This document shows, in pieces, positions 53,801 to 63,404 of a DNA stretch of 64,000 nucleotides (position 1 is its first letter; the number at the start of each line of letters is the position of its first letter). The translations under genes and the position numbers were made by a program. The notes under the pieces are model-generated. The model was not told the DNA's origin. It did not search any database and saw only the letters and a program-made list of their open reading frames with translations. This stretch comes from Pecten maximus (lineage: Eukaryota), in NCBI RefSeq assembly GCF_902652985.1, contig NC_047021.1, positions 22,878,001-22,942,000 on the forward strand. Reading direction: 5' to 3'.

Positions 53801-56800
53801 TTTTACCAGCATGGATATAATGAATGGACACAACTATTTCAATTTTTAAGATATCTCTTGACAATTTTTATTTTATCTTCAAAAATAAGGAAAATCAGAA
53901 CCCCTCCAAAATAACAACCTTAACAGTAACTTGAATAAAATCTTCCTCCTTTCATCTGGTAAATATGATAAGATTTCTAATTTGCAAACCCCTCTCCCCC
54001 AATCAAATATCAACATTCCTATGTCAAAATACTTGAATATATGAGATATTCACAAAATATTCACTTATTTCATTCTAAAATGGTGTTTGAAATAATTATA
54101 AAAATCTAATTAGAAATACAATAGTATGCCATATATAACCAGATACCCAACGTGTAGTTTGTATATATCAATGTGTTTTGTTTTGTTGGAAGTTTGTCTA
54201 TATCAATGTGTTTTGTTTTGTTGGTAGTTCGTCTATATCAATGTGTTTTGTTGGTAGTTCGTCTATATCAATGTGTTTTGTTGGTAGTTCGTCTATATCA
54301 ATGTGTTTTGTTGGTAGTTCGTCTATATCAATGTGTTTGTTGGTTGTTTGTCTATATCAATGTGTTTTGTTGGTAGTTCGTCTATATCAATGTGTTTTGT
54401 TGGTAGTTCGTCTATATCAATGTGTTTTGTTGGTAGTTCGTCTATATCAATGTGTTTTGTTGGTAGTTCGTCTATATCAATGTGTTTTGTTGGTAGTTCG
54501 TCTATATCAATGTGTTTTGTTGGTAGTTCGTCTATATCAATGTGTTTTGTTGGTAGTTCGTCTATATCAATGTGTTTGTTGGTAGTTCGTCTATATCAAT
54601 GTGTTTTGTTGCTAGTTCGTCTATATCAATATGTTTTGTTGGTAGTTCGTCTATATCAATGTGTTTGTCGGTAGTTCGTCTATATCAATGTGTTTTGTTG
54701 GTAGTTCGTCTGAAGGATGCCTGTAAACTGTACTGTCGACCATCAGGAAGCAGCGCCTACTATCTCCTGGCAGACAAGGTTTTAGATGGCACCAAGTGTG
54801 GACCAAAGACACATGACATCTGTGTCAATGGGAAATGTAAGGTAAGCATCACATACACAACCAATGGTAACACAAAGTTGCTTTCTGGACTGGATTTTGG
54901 AAAATATATCATTAGACAATTTTGTATAGGGTTTGTATCAGAAATCTGACTGAAGCTCATTTCTTTGATTGCTCACCATGTCTTGATTAGTTGATGGCGC
55001 GGTTATACAATGGCTCACTCATGTAAATGATACAGGGACTGCTTATAAAAGTGATTGGAAAATAGGGAGGATGGAGGGAAACGGAAATAAAGAAGGAAGA
55101 AAAAATGTCTCATTGCTCTTTTTCTTGATAAAGTAGTTAATTAGATATCTTATGAGTTTTAGATCCTGTTTGTGATACTGGAGGGGTACAGTGGGGAATT
55201 TTTAGCCTTTTTTAGCATTTTATTGACCTTCTAGAGCCTGAAATGAGATTGAGGCCATACTAATCAAAAGGGCAATCAGATTCATTGCCTTTGTCCTTGA
55301 ACTTTGGACAGAAAATCAATAATATCAGAGAGACTTGTCAGTGGTGCGTGTCATTCTGCCTACCACTCCACAGAACTGAAGATGTAATCACTCAGTGACT
55401 ACAATGATGCAGTGATATTTTGGAAAATGAAAATATTCTTTTTTTCTCCTTTTTTTTTGTTCAGTGAATATGGGAATAAAAATAGCTTGATACCAAATTT
55501 ATGCCTTTTTCAAAAGGGAAGGAAGACGAGCCATTTGTTTTGCCATAAGTTGTGCATTATTGTTTATTTTTGGTTAGGATTTTTTGTTGTTGTCATTTTC
55601 AATGTCTTCTACAATAGTGTGTACAATATTATGCTGTCAGATATTGATTATATCCGTGACTAACAATGATGACCTTGACCTTGGTTACAGAGTGCTGGCT
55701 GTGATAATCGTCTTGGGTCGCGTATGAAGGTGGACCGATGTGGAATTTGTGGTGGAGACAACACTTCCTGTATTTTTGAGGAAATTGTGAACCAGTTCAA
55801 GCGCATCCCCAAATATGGTGTGTTGAGATTTCTTTCAATTAAATGGACCTTAACAAAATTCTTGGTGAAATTTGCCTCGTTTTACCATATCTTGTACCAT
55901 ATTGTGGCATTAAGACACAATATTTAGGAAGGCTTTATCAGAGACCAGTTATTACTATCACTAATTACTGTAATAAATACCGACAACGGGTGGTCATTTA
56001 CCCCGTCATCCTGAAAACTGTGACAGCTACCAGACCCTGATTATAATGGAGGTGTGCTGGGGACATTGATGGCAGACATTTGACCTAGTCTAGGCCACTT
56101 TATTAGGCTGTAACTTGTAGTACTAACTCCCAACTAATAATCAGGTAGTCTGACTCCCTGTACCACTGTGTTCCAGGTTACAACTTTGTGGCAGATATAC
56201 CGTCCGGAGCTAAGAATATCGTCATTCAGCAGCATGGCTTTAGGAACCTGAAGGAGGACGGAAATTATCTAGGTGAACATTTTAATAACTATAAAATACT
56301 AGACAATGTCCTCTGACCTGAGTTTCAGCTCATGGGTAATGTAACACGATATCATCCACTATTTGTTTAATTGATTCTAATGTTACAATCCGTATTGATA
56401 GGGAGCAATGAGGCTCTGAAGGGTAAGGGGAGACAACTCCTATATATGGCCTGTACAAATGAAACTTGTATACTTGGTTGCTTTAAATAAAAGAATATTT
56501 TACACAGCTCTTCGGAACTCAACGGGTCACTTTATCCTGAATGGTGACTTTGTGGTGAACACAGCTCGTAGGAAGATAAAGGTGAAGAGTGCTAACATAG
56601 ACTACAGTGGATCGGACACGGTCACAGAACAGATCAACTCCACTGGTCCTATTGGAGAAAACATCACACTCATGGTCAGTCAACATATATCTCTCAAAGT
56701 CCGGATAGGATATCTACATATATTGAAATAGTTTCAGGACAATTGATATCCTCAAAGTTATGTTAAATAATTTTGGTTGAATATTTTCAAATAAGATGAC

Positions 56801-59800
56801 CATATTTAAATTAAGCTTAGTTTTGTAGTGGAATTGACAAAGGAAAAGATATGTTGTAGATTTCTGATATGTAAGGCAACAATAGAATGTATGTATGTTG
56901 TAAATGTATTTTTGACATCATCAAAGGTGTGTTATCAGTTTTTGTCAGCTTAATCCTCTAACATTGTTGATTAGTTATCATCAAAATGATAATGTTAACA
57001 AAAACATAAGTAATTTAGTTTCACAGTATCATTATCTGGTATATTACATGTATGTGCATATTGTTGTGTAAAGTAACAGAGAAAATAGGTAGAATTCAGA
57101 TTTAGTTGTCGTGGTAACACCAAGCTAACAACAGCTATGTATAATGTAGTAAAAAAGATTTAACCTGATCCAACATGTTCAGGTTTATGTTTCATTGTAA
57201 TTTATGAGACTGCTGTACACAGGGAAAGGTCAGGGGTTGCCACCAGGTGGTGTTACCTGTACATGATTGACAGATTACTGTGTTGACTTAGGGTCACAGG
57301 TATCATTAGATTTATACACAACAAAGTTTTTAAATCATTGATTCTGTCATTGAGTTGTCATATAGACCTATTGGGAATGTCAAGTATCGTCTTCAGAAGT
57401 GATGGCAATCTTAAATCTGTCAGAGGACTTCATACCAAAGCCTACATGTTACTTTCTGTACTGTTGATTGAAGTTTAATGTATCAATTTTGAATGTTCAA
57501 GGTATACAGCGCAAACTCTTCATATGGTGTCGGGCCATACCTGAACTATCAATAAAATAATAATTATAAACAAACAAATAAAATCGGATGCAACAAAATG
57601 GACAATGATTGAGTAAAACACTGATTTAATTTCCTACTATTTCAATGATTATGACATCTTTTCAATTTGATGACATTTAAAACTATGTGACCTTTGTAAT
57701 CTTCATAGTTTCTTTGATGACCTTTATATATATGTGACCTTTGTGACCTCTACGGGTTCTTTGAAGACCTTAATGACTATGTGACCTGTATCGCCCCCAT
57801 AGGTTCTTAAATGACCTTATTACTGCAACCTTTATGGCCCATAGGTTTTTCGATGACTTTTATGACTATGTGACCTTTGTGACCTCCATAGGTGATTTGA
57901 TGACCCTTATAACCAAGTGACTTTTGTGACCTTTGTGACCTCCATAGGTGATTTGATGACCCTTATAACCATGTGACTTTTGTGACCTTTGTGACCTCCA
58001 TAGGTTATTTGATGACCCTTATAACCATGTGACTTTTGTGACCTTTGTGACCTCTATAGGTTATTTGATGACCCTTATAACCATGTGACTTTTGTGACCT
58101 GTACAGGTTTTATCCGTTGGAAAGCACTACCCACCCAACTTAGAGTACTCCTACATGGTTTCCATAGAAACTCACTTTGTGTGGAGCCAGCATCATGGTG
58201 ATTGGTCGAAATGTAGCAGACTTTGTGAAGGTAAGCCTGGGTCAATATAATAATATAGTCAAAAGTTAACTGTGTGTACTCATTCAAACAGGAGCCTATT
58301 GAACTAACTGGTCTAACATGGTATGTAAATTCTATTACTATAGTGGTTGGAGGGTTGTGACTATAATGTATGACACTTGTTACACAGGGGAGCAGACTCG
58401 TGAGGTGGTTTGTGTGAGTGATGATCGTGAACGTACCATTGTTTCCGACCGTAAGTGTGAACGACTTCGCATCCCCAGACCTTCCCGGCTCAAACAGGTC
58501 TGCAACATGAACTGCAACCTGAGGTAAGATATCACCAGGTAAATCTGATGTGACGGGTATATTATGTCATTTTGTCTGATGTGACAGGTATATTATGTCA
58601 TTTTATCTGATGTGACGGGTATATTATGTCATTTTATCTGATGTGACGGGTATATTATATCATTTTATCTGATGTGACGGGTATATTATGTCATTTTATC
58701 TGATGTGACGGGTATATTATGTCATTTTATCTGATGTGACAGGTATATTATGTCATTTTATCTGATGTGACGGGTATATTATGTCATTTTATCTGATGTG
58801 ACAGGTAATGTCATTTTATCTGATGTGACGGGTATATTATGTCATTTTATCTGATGTGACAGGTATATTATGTCATTTTATCTGATGTGACGGGTATATT
58901 ATGTCATTTTATCTGATGTGACAGGTATATTATGTCATTTTATCTGATGTGACCGGTATATTATGTCATTTTGTCTGATGTGACAGGTATATTATGTCAT
59001 TTTCTCTGATGTGACGGGTATATTATGTCATTTTATCTGATGTGACAGGAATATTATGTCATTTTATCTGATGTGACGGGTATATTATGTCATTTTATCT
59101 GATGTGACGGGTATATTATGTCATTTTATCTGATGTGACGGGTATATTATGTCATTTTATCGGATGTGACAGGTATATTATGTCATTTTATCTGATGTGA
59201 CGGGTATATTATGTCATTTTATCTGATGTGACAGGAATATTATGTCATTTTATCTGATGTGACGGGTATATTATGTCATTTTATCTGATGTGACGGGTAT
59301 ATTATGTCATTTTATCGGATGTGACAGGTATATTATGTCATTTTATCTGATGTGACGGGTATATTTATTTCTTTTTCTTTGGTGTTAATTAGACACACAT
59401 ATTACAAATACCTACAAGTTTTTTTCGTTGTATTAGAAGAAAAGTCACAATATATTTATAAAGAAATCCAAGTGCTCCCTTTTGTATTAACCATTGTAGA
59501 ACATATCGTATTCTAAGCAGGCCCCTGCACTCACTGCTTGACCAAAGTAAATAGATCCCCAGACTCACTCCTTGACCACTGTAAAGATCGAGACCCCTCA
59601 TAATAACTCCTTGACCACTGTAAAGAGAACTCCAGACTCACTCCTTGACCACTGTAAAGATCGAGACCCCTCATAATAACTCCTTGACCACTGTAAAGAG
59701 AACTCCATATTCACTCCTTGACCACTGTAAAGAGAACTTCATTCTAACTCCTTGACCACTCTAAAGATACCCTTCATACTAACTCCTTGACCACTGTAAA

Positions 59801-62800
59801 GAGAACCACATACTCACTCCTTGACCACTGTAAAGAGACCCCCATATTCTTTCCTTGACCACTGTAAAGAGACCCCTCATACTCACTACTTGACCACTGT
59901 AAAGGGACCCCTCATACTCACTACTTGACCACTGTCTCTGTACACTGTAGATGGCATATAGAAGAAGAGGAGTGCTCCACCCGGTGTGGGGAGGGTGTTG
60001 CTGTCCAGCATGTGGCCTGTGTCAAGCGGAATATCTTAGGGGTTGAGGAGGATTTACCTGATCGGGAATGTGACCATCTCGGCCCCCGCCCTGGAGATGT
60101 TGTGTCCTGTACAGGGAAATGTCTACCCACACACTGGCAGTATGCTAGCTGGTCCGAGGTAAAAACTAGTTCTTTCTATGTTTATAATATCCTTCTGGGT
60201 TGATTTTCACAAGCAAAATTAACAATTGTTCACTGTGTAAACTGACGGCGGGAACTTATCTGACTTACCTCCCTTTTTATACAGTGTACACAGACGTGTG
60301 ACGGAGGGGTACAACAGAGAAGAGCAACCTGTACAGATATCAGTCGAAACGAGCTACCGGAGACGGAGTGTCACTCGGAGGAGCGCATCATTACTCGCTC
60401 GTGTAATGAGGACCCCTGCCCTGACTGGCGCACATTTTTGTGGACAGGGGTAGGTGGCTCCCTCTGTGTTGATATACCTGTGTTCCCCCCTACTATTGTA
60501 CCTGCCTCTCTGCTCATATGCTTTACATATGTATCCCTTCACCTTAATTATAAATCTTTTTCAGTGTTCTCATACCTGCGGCTCCGGAACCAGACATCGC
60601 AAAGTCTACTGTTTCCATGGTGACAGGAAGGTCGATGACATGTACTGTCAGAATGAGCGTAAACCAGTCAGCAGTGAACTTTGTAACCGACAGCGGTGTC
60701 CTGAGTGGAGGGAGCGAAGATGGGGAGATGTAAGTCCTCTACTTATATGTTGTCATTAACATTTCTCTATGAGGAGAACTTGCAATTTAATTTCTATTCC
60801 AGATAAAAGAATTTTTTGTTTATTTTATTGTTTATCTTTACATGTGTTCACATGTAAACCTGTTTTTATTTGAGGTAAAAAGCAATTATTGTAGGTTTAT
60901 GCTTTTACCAGTACCAAGAGTTGTACGTAGGTGACACGGAGAGAGACGTTCTCACATACATCAGTACCTCTACTTAGATATACCAAGCTGTACCTGATTT
61001 TCCAGTATTTTGCTGCAGATGTCAGTTTGACATTTTGTAAAATTTGATAATGACTATTTATTGGTCGTAAGTCAATGAGAAACTGATAAATAGATGAGAT
61101 TGTACAGAAAAATGCCACTTGGTCACGGTTAAAAGTGATCAGTTGATTAAACTGTCAATAAATCCATCAAGCTGGTTTTATATAAGTCCCATTTCACACA
61201 TTCCTCTTCCGTTGTTAGGGCCGGAAAGTGTGCTGACAATGTGCACGGCTGATAACATCTAGCTCTCCTATTGTACGTTACCACTGGTGTTGGCCAATGA
61301 TATATATCACACTTACAGGATTTGTGAATATTGAGCTGTAATGATAAGTGATCCGAATACAGACACGTTTCACACTCCACAAACCGACCCAGCCACCCGT
61401 GACCCTGATAGGACCATTACACTGTCTGGAGATGTTTAGATACTGGAGTGGGTCGGAATGTCTACAAAAAGTCGTAGGCTCACAAAACTACTATTATAAC
61501 TAAACATCACTTTATATAGAGGTTACTTAATAGTTGATATAGATTTATTTCCCAACATCAGTTGATTTTATTTACTGATTAAATATCTGTATGATTAGTA
61601 TAGCAGTTACACACTCACTTTGGCATAACAATGGCATGATTAATACCTTATATTGAATAATGCTGACTGAACCAGTACAGTATGATATACATGTAGTACC
61701 ATATGAACAAGTACAATATGATAAAATACCTCTTGAACCAGTACAGTATGATTAGTACTGTATGAACCAGTACAGTATGATTAGTACTGTATGAACCAGT
61801 ACAGTATGATATAGTACCCTATATATGAACCAGTACAGTATGATATAGTACTGTATGAACCAGTACAGTATGATATAGTACTGAATGAACCAGTACAGTA
61901 TGATATAGTACTGTATGAACCAGTACAGTATGATATAGTACCTTATTTAAAGCAGATGATGTAATTATTTGCAACATTTTCAGTGTTCCGTTACATGTGG
62001 ACATGGGGTTTCAAAGCGTCGTATCGACTGCCGTCATTACCATGGAGAAATACTGCCAGAGGAACTATGTGACCCTACGTCCAAGCCTTATGACACACGA
62101 AAATGTTACCCAAGGTCTTGTCCAACTACCACTACTATCACCACTACCACTACTACCACTACCACCACTACCACCACTACCGTACCGACAACTACTACCG
62201 TACCAACCACTACCTCAACCACTGTCCTACCAACCACTACACCCACTACTCAAACAATGACACAAACTACTACAAGGCCAACTACCTCAACTACCACCAT
62301 ACCAACGACAACCTTGTCTTCCACTACAACCCCTGTACCAGTATTACTTACAGAGATGTTGTCGACCACCAGGGCGTCACCAAGGACTGCTGCCAGACTT
62401 CACTTCTCATGGAAGATTGGTGACTGGACCTGGGTAGGTTTATAAAGAATTGATAAACACAATAGCTAAGACAATGTTTAATAATTACCTTTTATTTATC
62501 TAGGCATGAGAATTTTCAGGTGAAAAACCAATATCCGACATTTCATGTATGTTTGTTGTAGTGTTAAGTTTTTATTGATAACCAACCAGTAAGAGTTTTC
62601 TCCCTTTGGCTGGTGAGCAGTAGATTTGGGTAAAGTGGGACCAAACTTATAACTAGTACTTGTAAGCAATCTTTGTCAGCTTCACCTGATTGATCTGATT
62701 GTTGTGGTTGTTACAGTGCTCAGCCACTTGTGGTCAGGGAACAAGGTTTCGCTATATCAGATGTGAGGACAGATTTGGACGCATTCAAAGTAGCAACCTC

Positions 62801-63404
62801 TGTAGGAACCAGGAAAAGCCAGCCTCTCGGGAGCCATGTGTGAGGGCTGCATGTGGAATATGGAGGTCTGGAAACTGGGGAAAGGTAGGTCACAAATTTT
62901 ATCAATTTTATAACAGATAAATTTCATTCTCTCCATAGCAGTAAAGGTATAATGGAGAATAGAGATAGCCATATTTATCTGAATATCTGCATTATTGATG
63001 GTTTATATCTAAAAACATGAGTTCTTAATGTTTTTCTCAGTTGTTTATGGTTTTCATTTAAACTTGATTTACTTTATATATTTGTGTTATTAATGGATGT
63101 TATTTAAACTTGATTTCCTTTGTAAAAACTTGAGTTCCTTTGTATATCTGTGTTGTTAATATTTTGCCAACAGTGTAGTGCTTCCTGTGGAGAAGGTATA
63201 ACTACACGCCAAGTTGTTTGTTACCATGTCAACCGACGTCGAGTGGACGAAGGTCAGTGTGACAGGGCACTTCGTCCGGAGACCAGCCGTGTGTGTAACG
63301 GTGGAGATTGTCCCACTGTCAGTGAGGATACTTATGAGACAGTAGTGATAACCTCTAACAATGTGGAGGGAACCACCCAATGGAGGGTAGGACCCTGGAG
63401 TCAG
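10970..63404 (+). CDS. ADAMTS9: Partial multi-exon gene (21 internal exons, about 1061 aa): ADAMTS9/ADAMTS20/GON-1-like secreted metalloprotease with thrombospondin repeats; 5' and 3' ends lie outside the window
   Basis: Manual splicing gives an uninterrupted frame with all GT-AG junctions and consistent phases. Motifs: [53 protein letters not shown] Met-turn, [36 protein letters not shown]. TSRs follow with linkers after TSR6 and TSR8, the arrangement I recall for ADAMTS9/20/GON-1. The family call is firm; the exact symbol is inference. Confidence 0.9.
11195..11566. repeat. About 21-bp minisatellite
   Basis: unit ttaaccactgtgccacaccct, degenerate copies. Confidence 0.9.
14937..15470. repeat. 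19-20-bp C-rich minisatellite with alternating variants
   Basis: ccccacaggcccac followed by tctgt, cttat or tgtat. Confidence 0.95.
17983..19500. repeat. 31-bp G-rich minisatellite, about 48 copies
   Basis: unit ggggtgggaagtaggggttaggaatcagggt. Confidence 0.95.
21619..21730. repeat. 31-bp tandem repeat, about 3.5 copies
   Basis: unit tgtcaacaaggaaatgctacaaatgtattca. Confidence 0.9.
22701..23062. repeat. 50-bp minisatellite that degenerates towards the 3' end
   Basis: unit gtaccttggtcatacatggagttgagggctctatagtacaaatacaatct. Confidence 0.9.
23786..23836. repeat. Poly-G tract (51 G) in a G-rich segment
   Basis: Direct count; further G runs near 23938-23959. Confidence 0.9.
26171..26201. repeat. 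Poly-G tract with one T interruption
   Basis: Seen directly. Confidence 0.9.
27630..27995. repeat. AT-rich degenerate repeat (taagatattatatataagg-like)
   Basis: Iterated motif, very few C. Confidence 0.85.
29757..30180. repeat. Degenerate cactgtccat iterations grading into a 31-bp array (about 8 copies from 29930)
   Basis: unit cactgtccatcacatataacactctctatca. Confidence 0.9.
32370..32830. repeat. 24-bp minisatellite, about 19 copies
   Basis: unit caccatgacaacataatacactat with positional variants. Confidence 0.95.
33388..33745. repeat. 43-bp minisatellite, about 8 copies
   Basis: unit gaggagggggagaagtactggtgatttaatggttgttatgtca. Confidence 0.95.
36897..37020. repeat. 20-bp minisatellite, 6 copies
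   Basis: unit agattgactcacaattacc(g/a). Confidence 0.95.
37145..37890. repeat. About 33-37-bp minisatellite with variable G and CA runs
   Basis: unit g(a/g)ctggagactgaatattgag(g)nagaaca(ca)n. Confidence 0.95.
38190..38792. repeat. 30-bp minisatellite, about 19 copies, some with a 9-bp insertion
   Basis: unit catacagggtagtcaccaactgtttagtc(a/g). Confidence 0.95.
39299..39339 (+). CDS. ADAMTS9: Exon 2, 41-nt micro-exon: (R)[13 protein letters not shown](G)
   Basis: ttttcag|A CAG GAT ATC TGT...CTA G|gtaagt; phase 2 to 1, bridging exons 1 and 3 exactly; matches ADAMTS QDIC..CDTLG. Confidence 0.92.
39632..40428. repeat. 46-bp minisatellite, about 17 copies
   Basis: unit agtcccgagtcaatgattttaaccacactaagtctgtgacctcttt. 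Confidence 0.95.
42675..43480. repeat. 42-bp G-rich minisatellite, about 19 copies
   Basis: unit gagtaggattactgagggtttggggtacagtcagggttacag. Confidence 0.95.
44355..44460 (+). CDS. ADAMTS9: Exon 3: (G)[34 protein letters not shown](V), first half of the zinc-binding motif
   Basis: ttacag|GT...CATGT|gtaagt; 106 nt; HExxH. Confidence 0.95.
44832..45525. repeat. About 30-32-bp G-rich minisatellite, degenerate 5' and homogeneous 3'
   Basis: ggggtctaaaggggtactgtcattacagaggga-type units. Confidence 0.9.
46866..47012 (+). CDS. ADAMTS9: Exon 4: (V)[48 protein letters not shown](D), third zinc His and Met-turn
   Basis: ttacag|A...ATAGA|gtaagt; 147 nt; completes HELGHVFNLPHD. Confidence 0.95.
47192..47348 (+). 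CDS. ADAMTS9: Exon 5: end of catalytic domain and start of disintegrin-like domain ([11 protein letters not shown]...[21 protein letters not shown])
   Basis: tgcag|T...GATAAA|gtaagt; 157 nt; CLLD and PGxxYxxxxQC motifs. Confidence 0.93.
47526..47636 (+). CDS. ADAMTS9: Exon 6, disintegrin-like: [37 protein letters not shown]
   Basis: catttag|CTT...AATAAG|gtgagg; 111 nt; CRRLWC and PWADGT. Confidence 0.92.
47637..49360. repeat. Nested array: degenerate ~33-bp outer repeat flanking a homogeneous 46-bp inner array (about 28 copies, 47869-49190)
   Basis: inner unit tatttagagtgaatacatttgactatagtcaagccaatgttgtcta; outer unit tatttagagtgaaatcaag..gggaggtgtc. Confidence 0.93.
49880..51455. repeat. 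31-bp minisatellite, about 50 copies
   Basis: unit gtaggtgacaggtatgtggatgtttagggta. Confidence 0.96.
52862..53004 (+). CDS. ADAMTS9: Exon 7: end of disintegrin-like domain and central TSR1 (WCRHGVC...[30 protein letters not shown])
   Basis: ttttag|TGG...CCAGT|gtaagt; 143 nt; WxxW and CSRTC. Confidence 0.95.
53368..53431 (+). CDS. ADAMTS9: Exon 8, TSR1 second half: (V)[21 protein letters not shown]
   Basis: ctaacag|C...ACCAAG|gtaaga; 64 nt. Confidence 0.94.
53625..53739 (+). CDS. ADAMTS9: Exon 9, Cys-rich domain: [38 protein letters not shown](I)
   Basis: gttgtag|CCA...GGAA|gtaagt; 115 nt; DFRxxQC and VRWVPKY. Confidence 0.94.
54165..54711. repeat. 30-bp minisatellite, about 18 copies, overlapping the exon 10 acceptor
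   Basis: unit tatatcaatgtgttttgttggtagttcgtc. Confidence 0.96.
54705..54841 (+). CDS. ADAMTS9: Exon 10, Cys-rich domain: (I)[45 protein letters not shown]
   Basis: ttggtag|TT...TGTAAG|gtaagc; 137 nt; the acceptor is the last unit of a 30-bp array. Confidence 0.92.
55691..55817 (+). CDS. ADAMTS9: Exon 11: [42 protein letters not shown](G)
   Basis: ttacag|AGT...TATG|gtgtgt; 127 nt; GCD..D.CG.CGGDN.SC. Confidence 0.93.
56177..56272 (+). CDS. ADAMTS9: Exon 12, spacer: (G)[31 protein letters not shown](A)
   Basis: ttccag|GT...CTAG|gtgaac; 96 nt; IPxGA and NYLA. Confidence 0.93.
56508..56674 (+). CDS. ADAMTS9: Exon 13, spacer: (A)[55 protein letters not shown]
   Basis: tacacag|CT...CATG|gtcagt; 167 nt. 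Confidence 0.93.
57680..58106. repeat. 46-56-bp tandem repeat ending at the exon 14 acceptor
   Basis: 56-bp unit ggtgatttgatgacccttataaccatgtgacttttgtgacctttgtgacctccata, with shorter degenerate units upstream. Confidence 0.9.
58107..58230 (+). CDS. ADAMTS9: Exon 14, end of spacer and start of TSR2: [41 protein letters not shown](G)
   Basis: gtacag|GTT...GAAG|gtaagc; 124 nt; VLSVGK. Confidence 0.93.
58388..58523 (+). CDS. ADAMTS9: Exon 15, TSR2: (G)[44 protein letters not shown](R)
   Basis: tacacag|GG...CTGAG|gtaaga; 136 nt. Confidence 0.92.
58543..59365. repeat. 31-bp minisatellite, about 26 copies
   Basis: unit tctgatgtgac(g/a)ggtatattatgtcatttta. Confidence 0.96.
59560..59935. repeat. 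About 35-bp degenerate minisatellite ending at the exon 16 acceptor
   Basis: core ctccttgaccactgtaaaga repeated about 11 times. Confidence 0.9.
59951..60158 (+). CDS. ADAMTS9: Exon 16, TSR3: [15 protein letters not shown]...[17 protein letters not shown]
   Basis: ctgtag|A...CCGAG|gtaaaa; 208 nt. Confidence 0.92.
60285..60449 (+). CDS. ADAMTS9: Exon 17, TSR4: [55 protein letters not shown]
   Basis: tatacag|TGT...ACAGGG|gtaggt; 165 nt, phase 0-0. Confidence 0.93.
60565..60729 (+). CDS. ADAMTS9: Exon 18, TSR5: [16 protein letters not shown]...[11 protein letters not shown]
   Basis: ttttcag|TGT...GAT|gtaagt; 165 nt, phase 0-0. Confidence 0.93.
61668..61941. repeat. 29-30-bp minisatellite
   Basis: unit tgaaccagtacagtatgatatagtactgta. 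Confidence 0.9.
61984..62433 (+). CDS. ADAMTS9: Exon 19: TSR6, Thr/Pro-rich mucin-like linker and start of TSR7 (WKIGDWTW)
   Basis: ttttcag|TGT...TGG|gtaggt; 450 nt open frame, phase 0-0. Confidence 0.9.
62717..62884 (+). CDS. ADAMTS9: Exon 20, TSR7: [16 protein letters not shown]...[11 protein letters not shown]
   Basis: ttacag|TGC...AAG|gtaggt; 168 nt. Confidence 0.94.
63174..63404 (+). CDS. ADAMTS9: Exon 21: TSR8, second linker and start of TSR9 (CSASCGEG...QWRVGPWSQ)
   Basis: caacag|TGT...CAG|gtgtgt; 231 nt; the donor is the first unit of a 41-bp array. Confidence 0.92.

Noticed and set aside
62103-62423. His/Tyr-rich ORF (HYYHHYHYY...)
   Set aside because: An alternative frame of the ACT/ACC Thr tract in exon 19.
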